Shown here: positions 18,693 through 28,406 of the stretch, in pieces
Position numbering within the stretch: the stretch's first letter is position 1
Layout of the letters: each line of letters starts with the position of its first letter
DNA from: Micromonas pusilla
Lineage: Eukaryota
Assembly: GCA_000151265.1 (NCBI GenBank)
Contig: GG663750.1
Span: 341,915-373,914, forward strand
Length of the DNA stretch: 32,000 bases
Direction: 5' to 3'
Program-made: the position numbers and the translations under genes
The notes under the pieces: generated by a model
What the model was told of the DNA's origin: nothing
Database searches by the model: none
Seen by the model: only the letters and a program-made list of their open reading frames with translations

Positions 18693-20739
18693 CTACACCG
18701 GAAACAGCGTCTGCATGACCCCCCCCAAGTGCGGGATGACGTCCGTCGTCAGGACGCTCCGTTTCTTCTCCTGAAACGCCCTCCGCGCCGCGAGCCGCGT
18801 CACGACGCACGCAGCGTGCGCGCACAACGCGTTCAACGCTCCCACGTCGTCGTCGCACATCTCCCTCGGCGACGCCGCCTCGTCGCCGCGCGCGCTCGCG
18901 CTCCTCCGCGCGCGCGCGTCGTCGTGCCACGACCTCTCCCCCGCGCCGGTCTCGGGTGGCCCCTCGTCCGTCAACCTCCGCAGCGCCGTCTCCGCGGCGG
19001 CCGGGTCTGAGTCCGCCCACGCCAAAAACGTCGCGACGGCGCCGGCGAGGACGTCGCCCTGCCCGCCGCACCGCCGCGGCATCCCCGGCGCGTCGCACGT
19101 CCGCGTCAGGACCGGGCACCGCTCGACGACGTCATCGAAGTGGTCGTCGTCGCGTCCGTCGCCGCCCATGGCGTGAACGTTATGCGGTCTGTCGCGGCGG
19201 TCGAGGGAGCCCACGGAGCGAATTTCATCCGTCGCGCCCTTGCTCACGACGGTCACGCCGAGCTCGTCCGCGAGCGCGCGCGCGGCTTTCCTCCTCCACG
19301 CCTCCGGGTCGCCGGGAACGGGCGCGTATCTCTTCCCTTTCCCGCCGCGGTCCGCGTCCGCGTCGTCGCCGTCGTCGTCGTCTTCGTACCCGGGGACCTT
19401 CACGCCCGTCTCGTCGCACAGCCGCCTGACGTGGGTCGTTCCATACAAGCGAACGTTGGGGTGGAGTTGAAAGGCGCCGAGGGCGGGTATTGAAAGCGAG
19501 GGGTGGGCGGAGAGACGCGCCGGGCGAAGTCCTTAAGGATCGGCGTTCACGACGCGAACGCGGTCGTATGGGGAGCAGTGCGACGACGAGCGCGCGCCTG
19601 AGCTCGTTGACGTTTGGCGTCAGCGTCGCCCTCGAGTACCCCCTCACGAGCTCGGGCTCCTTCGTCAGCATGTACAGCCCGTCCGCGTCGAACACGATCG
19701 GGAGGTTCGACTTCATCGCGTGGTACACGACCAGCTTCGCGGTCAGCTGCATCGATCGATCGCGTCCCATCCCCGGCCCGACAACGAGCGAGGACAGCCG
19801 CGGCATCCAGCTGCGCGAGGGTCGCGAGGCGACGTCGGGGTGGAGTTGAAAGGGCGCGTCAGTCGGAGTTGAAAGCCGTCGAGGTATGTCGGGGATCGAA
19901 AGCGAGGGGTGGGCGGAGAGAGACGCCGGGAGAGAAAGTCCTTAAGGATCGGCGAGCACGACGCGAACGGGGTCGTATGGGGACCAGTGTCATGTCAGTA
20001 CCTGAGAATCTCATCCGCGTCGGCGACCGCGGCGATGGTCGTCGGGTGCTCGTCCCCGACGCTCCGCGGCGGGTCCCTCTTCACGTCCGCGCTCTCGCGG
20101 ACGACCCCGTGGACGATGAGCTCGGGGGAGTACGACTTGATCACCGGCGCGGCGCCGCGCGAGCAGAAGACGTGCGTCATGTCCGCGCCCACTCTGAGGG
20201 TCGTTCCATACGAGCGAACGTCGGGGTGGAGTTCAGGGGCGTCAGGCGGAGTTCAAAGGCGTCGAGAGCGGGGATTGTGAGCGTGGGATGGGCGGAGAGA
20301 TGCGCCGGCAAAAGTCCTTAAGGATCGGCGTTCACCACGCCGACGCGGTCGTATGGGGACCAGTGTATAGAACGCGCCTGATGGACGCCATCGCCGCGAA
20401 GAAGGGGGCCCCCGCGTATTCGGCGCATCCTCCGAGGACGCCGACGACGCCGCACGCGCCCTTCTTGCGCGCGAGGCTGAGCGTCGGGACGAGCGCGGCG
20501 ACGGAGGGCGGGAGCGCGTCCGAGGAGGAGGACGACGCGGCGGCGGCGTGGTCCGTCGCCGCCGTCGCCGTGGGGGACGCCCTCGGGGGGGAGGCGACCC
20601 CTCGCGACGCGACGAACTCGCTGTATCGCATGTTTCTCGATTGTGACGAAACCGCGGGGGTGAGGCGACGCGCGCGCGGCGAGGGGCGCGGAAGGACGCG
20701 ACGAGCGAGAGAGATCGCCGCGCCGGTTCCCGGGCGCAT
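18693..20739 (-). CDS. NAXD: ATP-dependent (S)-NAD(P)H-hydrate dehydratase (NAXD/CARKD, YjeF C-terminal family), 4 exons
   Basis: join(20739..20378, 20193..20002, 19810..19598, 19425..18693), all introns phase 2. The spliced product reads [52 protein letters not shown]...[21 protein letters not shown]...[12 protein letters not shown]...[13 protein letters not shown]...[21 protein letters not shown]. This is colinear with animal NAXD as I remember it. Start ATG 20739 is tentative. Confidence 0.9.
19426..19597 (-). mobile_element. introner element IE-5 (NAXD intron 3)
   Basis: 172 nt. GAGCTCAG|GCGCGCGCTCGTCGTCGCACTGCTCCCCATACGACC ... GTATGGAACGACCCACGTCAG|GCGGCT. GC donor, phase 2. Confidence 0.9.
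19811..20001 (-). mobile_element. introner element IE-6 (NAXD intron 2)
   Basis: 191 nt. ATTCTCAG|GTACTGACATGACACTGGTCCCCATACGACC ... CGCGACCCTCGCGCAG|CTGGATG. GT donor, phase 2. Confidence 0.9.
20194..20377 (-). mobile_element. introner element IE-7 (NAXD intron 1)
   Basis: 184 nt. TCCATCAG|GCGCGTTCTATACACTGGTCCCCATACGACC ... GTATGGAACGACCCTCAG|AGTGGG. GC donor, phase 2. Confidence 0.92.
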
Positions 20740-21007
20740 GCGCGTCGAGCTGTCGCCGCACACGACGCCGCGCGACGCGCGGAATGACGACGGGCGCGCG
20801 TCGTTCCGGAGGTAAAAACCTGTAAAGTATGACTCTGGCGTTTGTCCGACGGTTTAGGAATGACATCTCGTTCGACCTCCGAGGAGGGTGTCGCGAACGT
20901 CGAGGGCTCCGCAAAGACGTGACGCGGTGCTCAGAGCACATCGCGTCGTGTGTGCGTACGTGCGTGCTTTCGTTCGTTACAATCGCGTATCGTCGCGCTA
21001 TCGTGGT

Positions 21008-22450
21008 TCAGTTCGACGCTTCTCTCTCCTTCGCCGCCTCGTCTCGGAGCCGCGCGAAATACCCCGGAGGCATGATTCCGTTCACGGCGCGCGAGCACGT
21101 CTCTCTGTGCGGCGGGTGCGGTTCGGTTCCTCGGGCCCAGTCCTTCTGCTGGCAGCGCTTGTCGCAGTACCGCACGCCGCGGCACAGCTTGCATCCCAAT
21201 CGCGCGTCGCGCTTGCCGCAGGTGACGCACGCTCGAAGCTTCACGAGCTCCTCGGCGACGGCGGCGTTGTCTGGGTGGTAAATTTCAGCAAGTTTGAACG
21301 CCTCCTTTGCCATCCGAAGGTTCTTCTCGAGTCCGCATCTCCCGTGGAGGAAGCAGAGCGCGAGATGATGGAGGCGATCTTCAGCCTTATGGTCAGGAAG
21401 CGGCCCGGAAGCGAAGAGCTCCATGGCGTCGTCGCTGATGCTCGCACTGGTGTCTTCCATGATTGAAAGGAGCGCTTCCCTTTTTGCAGTCCACAAATCA
21501 CCGAGACGGTCCACGTAGTGACTCACGTAGTCACTGCCGCCGCCACTAAACTTCGAGCGCTCGAGAACCATCTTCTCGTATGCTACGTAATCGTTTTGAG
21601 CGATGGGCTGCGGGGCAGCTTCGGTGTGTGTGAGCTTCAACATAGTCTCCGATTTTTGGCATCCCTGCTCGACTGCCTGCTCCCACCACTCCCGCGCCTT
21701 CGCTATGTTTCGCTCGACGCCGCGGCCTTCGTCGTAGAGCAGGCCGATATTGCACATCGAAGATTCGTTGCCACACGCCGCGGCTCTCTCGTACCACTTC
21801 AACGCGTTTGCGTACTGTTCCCTTTCAAGCTCGAGATAGACCCCGTAGTTGTTCTGAGCGCAAGGATTCCCCTTCAACGCCCCTTTCAAGTACCACGCCG
21901 CAGCCGTAGACTTGTTTCGCTCTACGCCGCGGCCGTTGTCGTAGAGCTGGCCGAGGTTGTTCATGGCATCATAGTCGCCCTGCGCCGCGGCTTTCTCATA
22001 CCACTCTCTCGCGGCTGCGTACTGACCCATCTCATCGTCGAGAAAGATTCCGTAGTTGAGTTGAGCTTCACGATCCCCCGTCGACGCCGCTTTCAAGAAC
22101 CACTCCGCAGCCGTAGACTTGTTTTTCTCGACGCCCCTGCCGTCCTCGTAGAGCTGCCCGAGCATCTTCATGGCGTGAACGTCGCCCTGCGCCGCGGCCT
22201 TCTCCCACCACTTACGCGCGGCTTCGTACTCGCTTAATTCGTAGAACATAGAGCCGAGATCACTCTGCGTGCCAACGTGCCCGAGCTCCGCGGCCTTCAC
22301 GAGCCACTGACGTGCTAGCTCGTCGTTTTCCTCCACGCCGCCGGTCCCTTTGCGGTAGTGCCCAGCGATCGCGTACGCCGCCTTCCCGCACCCGCCGTTC
22401 GCCTTCTTCACGAGCTCGCGGATCTTCCGCGGCAGCTTGATCTTCGTCAT
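21008..22450 (-). CDS. Sel1-like repeat protein with C-terminal MYND zinc finger, paralog B
   Basis: ORF 21008..22552, ATG 22450 (MTKIKLPRKIRELVKKANGG). Colinear with paralog A over the whole length, including the MYND finger. The 3' flank is also shared: (CGTT)n-TTACAATCGCG...GGTTCAGTTCGA at 20971..21015 versus 13850..13905. Confidence 0.85.
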   Translation of the reverse strand: MTKIKLPRKIRELVKKANGGCGKAAYAIAGHYRKGTGGVEENDELARQWLVKAAELGHVGTQSDLGSMFYELSEYEAARKWWEKAAAQGDVHAMKMLGQLYEDGRGVEKNKSTAAEWFLKAASTGDREAQLNYGIFLDDEMGQYAAAREWYEKAAAQGDYDAMNNLGQLYDNGRGVERNKSTAAAWYLKGALKGNPCAQNNYGVYLELEREQYANALKWYERAAACGNESSMCNIGLLYDEGRGVERNIAKAREWWEQAVEQGCQKSETMLKLTHTEAAPQPIAQNDYVAYEKMVLERSKFSGGGSDYVSHYVDRLGDLWTAKREALLSIMEDTSASISDDAMELFASGPLPDHKAEDRLHHLALCFLHGRCGLEKNLRMAKEAFKLAEIYHPDNAAVAEELVKLRACVTCGKRDARLGCKLCRGVRYCDKRCQQKDWARGTEPHPPHRETCSRAVNGIMPPGYFARLRDEAAKEREASN

Positions 22451-22859
22451 CGCGTCGCGACGTGGCGGCGGCAGGGAAAGTGCCCGCGGCGTCGTGGCTT
22501 TTTGCCAAACTGAAGAGACCCGCTGACCTCTCTGTCCTTTCTTTTCGCTCACTGGCGGATGACGCTGCGCTGCCTTGCGTGATGAGGCACCGAGCGCGGG
22601 TCGAACGCGGCGCAGCGCAGACGGCTCGCAGCGAGCGACTCCCCCGCCGCCGCCAGTCCGCGCCCGCGCGAGGCCACGCCCTCAGAACGAGCTCGACGCG
22701 TCGAATCCGTCCTCGTCGGCGTCGCGACGCGCGATCGGCCGCGGACGCGCGCGCGCGATCCGATCGCGCGCGGAGCCGCCCGCCCGCGTCGTCCTCTCAT
22801 CGGACACCTCGCCTTCTTCTTCAAACGCGACGAAGAAGAAGAGGGAAGCGCGCGCCGCG

Positions 22860-24448
22860 ATGCCCGGCGACGGCGAGACCGCGGTGACGGTGGACCCGCC
22901 GAAGCAGGAGGACGCGCCATCGGCGTCCGCGCCACCGAAGGAGAAGAAGGAGCGAGAGCCGCGCCTGTGGGAGGAGTGGCCGGGGAAGGACGTGCGTTCG
23001 CGCCCGATCCCTCCCGCTCGCCGCGCCCTCTTTTTTTGAAAGCGCGCGTCGTCCCTCCCTCCCTCCATCCATCCATCCATCCGACCTCCTCCCCATCCCA
23101 ACCCACCCCTCCTCTCCCCAACCCCGTCCACAGAGATTCTTCTGCGACGGACGATGCATGACCGGCCCCTCCCCCGGCGCGCTCCTCGGCACGACGCTCA
23201 CGATCTCGATCCCCGTGATCCTCTTCCTCGCGTTCGTCGTCCCGGACGTCGCGTCCGAGCACGGGGCCGCGATCTGGGTCTTCGCCGTCCTCCTCCCGGC
23301 GTGGAGCGTCACGAACCTCGTGATCACTGGCACGAGCGATCCGGGGTACCTGCCGCGGCTTCCGCACCCGGGTCCGACCCCGGACGGGCGCGCGCGGCCG
23401 CGTTACCGCGAGGAGATCGTGGAGGGGACGGGCAAGGCTGTCACCGTGAAGTGGAACGACACGTGTAACTTTTACCAGCCGCCGCGCGCGCACCACTGCT
23501 CGGTGAACGACGACTGCGTGGATAAGTTCGACCACCACTGCCCGTGGGTCGGGACCACGATCGGGGGGAGGAACTACCGGACGTTTCTGTTCTTCGTGTT
23601 CGGGACGCTGTTGATGTGTGTCTATGTCGTTTGCGTGTGCGCGTTGCAGATTCAGATCAAGCGCGACGACTTGGCGGCGGGGACGGAGAACAGGACGACG
23701 AAGGTGCGTTCTATACACCGGTCCCCATACGACCGCGTTGGCGTGGTGAACGCCGATCCTTAAGGACTTTTCCCGGCGTGTCTCTCCGCCCACCCCTCGC
23801 TTTCAATGCCCGCCCTCGACGCCTTTCAACTCCGACTGACGCCTTTGAACACCACCCCGCCATCGCTTTGTATGGAACGACCCTAAGGCGATCGAGAAGG
23901 CGCCCGTGGCGATGCTCGTGATGATCTTCGCGTTCGTGTTCTTTTGGTTCTTAGGGATAATGACGTGCTTCCACGCGTACTTGGTGCTCACGAACCAGAC
24001 GACGTACGAGAGCTTCAGGGACGGGTACGGCAAGGACGAGAACCCGTACTGGCGCGGCCGGCTGGGGAACTGCGCCGAGGCGTTTTGTTGGCGGCGGCCG
24101 CCGAGCCGGTTTAACTTTCGAGGGACGAAGGATCAGCAGCCCAAGCTTGACGACGCGTGGGTCGCGCACTTGCAAGGGAGCGTCGTGCCGCTGCCGCCGC
24201 GCGTGGACCGGAAGAAGAAGAAGACGGCGAAGGGCAGGGCGGAGGAGCACGCGGAGGGCGGCGGCGACGACGGGAGCGACGGGAGCGACGAAGGGGAGGA
24301 GGGGAGAGGCGAACGGCGCGGCGCGGGGTCGCACCTCGCCGAGCTCGCGGCGATCAAGCTCGAGGAGAAGACGGCGGCGGGCGGCGCGGACGGGGAGGAC
24401 GCGGACGACGAGAGCGGGTACGACGCGGAGGCGGAGAACAAGGTGTGA
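22860..24448 (+). CDS. DHHC-type palmitoyl (S-acyl) transferase, 3 exons
   Basis: join(22860..22991, 23134..23703, 23888..24448), phase 0. Motifs: WPGKD|RFFCDGRCMTGP and CNFYQPPRAHHCSVNDDCVDKFDHHCPWVGTTIGGRNYRTF (zf-DHHC), then LTNQTTYE. Intron 1 (22992..23133, GTGCGTTCG...CCACAG) is pyrimidine-rich and not an IE. Intron 2 is IE-8. Confidence 0.88.
23704..23887 (+). mobile_element. introner element IE-8 (DHHC intron 2)
   Basis: 184 nt. ACGACGAAG|GTGCGTTCTATACACCGGTCCCCATACGACC ... GTATGGAACGACCCTAAG|GCGATC. Phase 0. The terminal AAG equals the upstream exon AAG. Confidence 0.92.
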
Positions 24449-24612
24449 CGCATGGCCCGGAGGCCGTAGCACGCTCTCATCATAATATTCTGTTCGAACA
24501 CCACCAGTTACCAGTGCTGACTGCAGCGCGACCGACTATTTCTTCGTCGTCCGCTCCGACGCCGGATCTGAGCCGCAGACCGACGCCGCGCCGCGCCCCG
24601 GGGCTCCTCCTC

Positions 24613-27600
24613 ATGGAGCCCCCCCCTCTCTCTCCCTTCCCACCCCCCGCCCCGCCGCCGCCGCCGCCGAACGCGCAGACGCCGCACCTCATCCTCGGCT
24701 CGCTGCGGTACACCATATGCTTCGATCTCCTCGTCGCGACGCCGCTCGTCCTCCTCTTCTTCTTCAAACGGATGGACGACTACGTCCCGATGGTCACGTC
24801 GCGCGCGCGCGGGCTGCGCGGCCGCGCGAGGCAGCTCGCCGCGGTGTGGGGCGCGAGCGGGACGGAGGTCACGTCGCGGTGCGGCGCGGACGCGCGCGAT
24901 TACCTCCGCGTGCAGCGGCATCTTCTGGTCGCGCTCGCGGTCGTCTCAGGCGCGTCCCGTGCACTGGTTCTCCCCATACGGCCGCGTCGGCGTGGTGAAC
25001 GCCGATCCTTGAGGACTTTTCCCGGCGTCTCTCTCCGCCCAGGGTCCCTCGCTTTCAATCCCGACACACCTCGGCGCCTTTCAACTCCACGAAATGACGC
25101 CTAGAACTCCACCCCGACATCGCTTCGTATGGAACGACCCTCAGCGCCCGCGCTCCTGATCCTCCTCCCCGTCGCGTGGCGCGCCGCGCCGTCTCCCGGC
25201 GCGGACGCCGCGCGCGACGATCGCGCGAATCAAGACGCGAATCTCTTCGCGCGGGGGACCGTGCACCACCTTCCGAACGGGTCGCCGTGGCTGTGGGTCG
25301 TGGTGTTCGTGTCGTTCGTCGTCGTCGTCGTCGTGGAGACTGTCGCGTCGAGACTGCATTCTAATCTCGTCGCGCGTCGATACGCGAAGCGCGAGTTAAA
25401 CGCGTCCGTCGCGCGCGTGACCGTGCTCCTGAGGCGGCTGCCGCGGTGCGTGACGTCCGCGCCGCGGGTGCTGGAAACGGCTCTGGGTCGTGCGTTTCCT
25501 GGGCGCGTGCACGCGGTGATCGTGCCGAGGGACGGGAGAGAGGCGACGCTGCGGCGGCGCGCGCAGCTCGCGAAGCGGAGGCTGCGGGTCGCGAGGAGGA
25601 AGTTTTCGCGCGGCGGGAGCGCGTTCGGCGGCGGGAGCAGCGGCGGCGACGGGTTCGGCAGCGGCGGCGTCGGCGTCGGCACCCCCAGTGGCACCCCCAT
25701 CGGCACCCCCATCGGCACCCCCGGCGCGTCGAGCGCGCCGAACGACCGCGCGCGGATGGAAATCTCGCGGCTCGTTCGCGACGTCTCAGGTGCGTTCTAT
25801 ACACTGGTCCCCATACGACCGCGTTGGCGTGGTGAACGCCGATCCTTAAGGACTTTTGCCGGCGTCTCTCTCCTCCCACTCCTCGCTTTCAATCCTTGCC
25901 CTCGACGCCTTTCAACTCCAACTGACGCCTTTCAACTCCACCCCGACGTTCGCTCGTATGGAACGGTCCTCAGCCGCGGAGGACGCGCTCGCGGCGTACA
26001 AACGCCTCCCCGCGCGCGATGTCCCGAACCCCGGGTGCGCGTTCGTCGTGTTCAAGGACAGGAAGACCGCGGACGACGCGCTGGAGGCGCTGACGCCGAC
26101 GGTTCGAGGCGTCGGCGTTTGGTGTCTGAGAGCGGCGGGCGCGGCGACCGCCGACGCCGCCGCGGCGGCGGGCCCCGGGTCGATCGTCCATCGTCGTAAC
26201 CGCCGCGGACGGGGCGTTACAGGTGCTGCCGCCGCTGCTGCGACGACGACCGAACTGGAACCGGAACTGGAACCGTCTTCTTCCATCTCGGTGGAGTCGA
26301 TACGCCTCGCGATCGAGCACGGTGTCCACGCGTGGCGAGCGGACCGCGCGCCGCCGCCGTCGGGCGTCCTGTGGAGAAACGTCGGCGTCTCAGGTGCGTT
26401 CTATACACTGGTCCCCATACGACCGCGTTCGCGTGGTGAACGCCGTTTCATAAGGACTTTTCCCGGCGTCTCTCTCCGCCCACCCCTCGCTTTCAATACC
26501 CGCCCTCGACGCCTTTCAACGCCAACTGACGCCTTTCAACTCCACCCCGACGTTCGCTCGTATAAAACGACCCTCAGCGTCGGAACGCGTCGCGAGGCTC
26601 GTGACCATCTACGCCCTCGTGTTCCTCGGGCTCGTGTTCGTGTCCTCGCCGCTCGCGCTGTTCTCGTTCGTGAACGACCTCGCGAGGGCGCTGAACCCGA
26701 AGATGGACACGCACGCGATGTGGCTCTCGTGGGCGAAAGGCCGCGGTGCGCTCTCCGGGTTTATCTTTCAGGTGCGTTCTATACACTGGTCCCCATACGA
26801 CCGCGTCGGCGTGGTGAACGCCGATCCTTAAGGACTTTGCCCGGCGCATCTCTCCGCCCACACCTCGCTTTCAATCCCCGCCATCGACGCCTTTCAACTC
26901 CACCTGACGCCTTTCAACACCACCCCGCCATCGCTTCGTATGGAACGACCCTCAGTTTCTCCCGCAGCTTTGCGTGCTTCTGATGATTTACGTCTTGATA
27001 CCTTACGTGTTGGAGCGAGCGACCGCGGCGGAGAAGCACCTGACGCGCTCGGGCGCGTTCAGCTCGCTCGTGTTCAAAGAGTTTTGGTTCTTCCTCGTCA
27101 ACTTGCTGCTGCTTCTCGCGCTCGGGAAAGCCGCGCTGAGCGCGACGGCGCAGCAAGTGCGGGAGTGTCGGTGGCGGCAGAGCCCGGACGCGTGCGAGTT
27201 TAAGTTTTTCAAACTCCTGGGCGACGCGTTCGTCGCCACGAGCGCGATGAGCGTGTTCGCGTTTCTGTGCTCGTGCTGCACGATCGGTCCGGCGTGGGAG
27301 CTCCTGGCGCTGTTCTCGTGGATCGGGAGCAGGGTGAAGGAGAAAGCCGCGGAGGCGGCGGCGGGAGGCGGCGGCGGCGGCGGCGGCGGCGGCGCGACTG
27401 GCTCCGCCGGCGACCTCCTCTCGCTGCTCCCGTCCGCCGGCGCCGCCCTCGTCGAGGACGCGCACGACGACGAGCACTTCGACAACCCCGCGTTCGCGTC
27501 CCCGGCGCCGGACGCGATCACGGCGGGGGGGACACGTGGAGACCGGGGATTGGACGACGTTCGCCTGACGCCCGCGCCGCTCGCGCGTCGGGCCGCGACC

Positions 27601-28372
27601 AAAAAAGTCCGCCCCGCGTTCGACCTCCCCGGCCAGCACGCGTTCAACGTCACCGTCCTCGCGTGCTCGCTGTCGTACGCCGCGCTCGCGCCCGTGCTCC
27701 TCGTCCCCGGGACGCTGTTCTTCGCCGCGCGGTACCTCGTGCACAAGCACAACTTGTTGTGTTTGCATTTGGACGCCGTCGCCGGCGCGGGGGACAGCGG
27801 GCTCTTCGGCGATCACGGGGAAGACGGAACGTCAACCGTCGCGCCGGCGACGGCGCGCCGGAAGATGACTTCGGACGGGCGCCTGCTCGGGACGGTCGTG
27901 CACCTGATCCGCGTGTCCGTGTTCGTGCACGCCGCGGTGATGGTCGCGTTTATGAACCTGCGGGGGGATCCGACGCAGCGCGCGTGCTCGGATGTGATTT
28001 TTTTGCTCGCCGTCGTGCGCCCGCGGGTCGAGGCCGCGACGGGGCGCGCGATGCGGCGGCGGCGCCGCGCCGGCGGCGGGAGCGGCGCGGACGTGCACGT
28101 GGACGCGGCGGAGGCGCTGCTCGGGGCGGGCGCGCGGAGCGCGGCCGACGAGGACGCGGAGGACGGCGGCGCGCACTGGGCGCGAGACGACGACGACGAC
28201 GACGACGACGACGTCTCCGCGGCGACGCTGATCGACTCGCGGAGGTACGCCGGCCCCGCGGAGGACGGCGGCGACGCGCTGAGCTCGTTTCGAGCGGAGA
28301 GCGGGTGGGCGGGGCCGGGGAGCGCGAGCGGGGAGTCGGTGCAGTCGCCGACGGGGGCGAGCCCGAGCCCCC

Positions 28373-28406
<34 letters not shown>

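Noticed and set aside
24445-24448. AAG|GTGTGA at the DHHC stop as a possible extra donor extending the gene
   Set aside because: No downstream exon or acceptor with coding signal was found. The next 164 nt lead directly into the OSCA start, and the stop codon reading is simpler.
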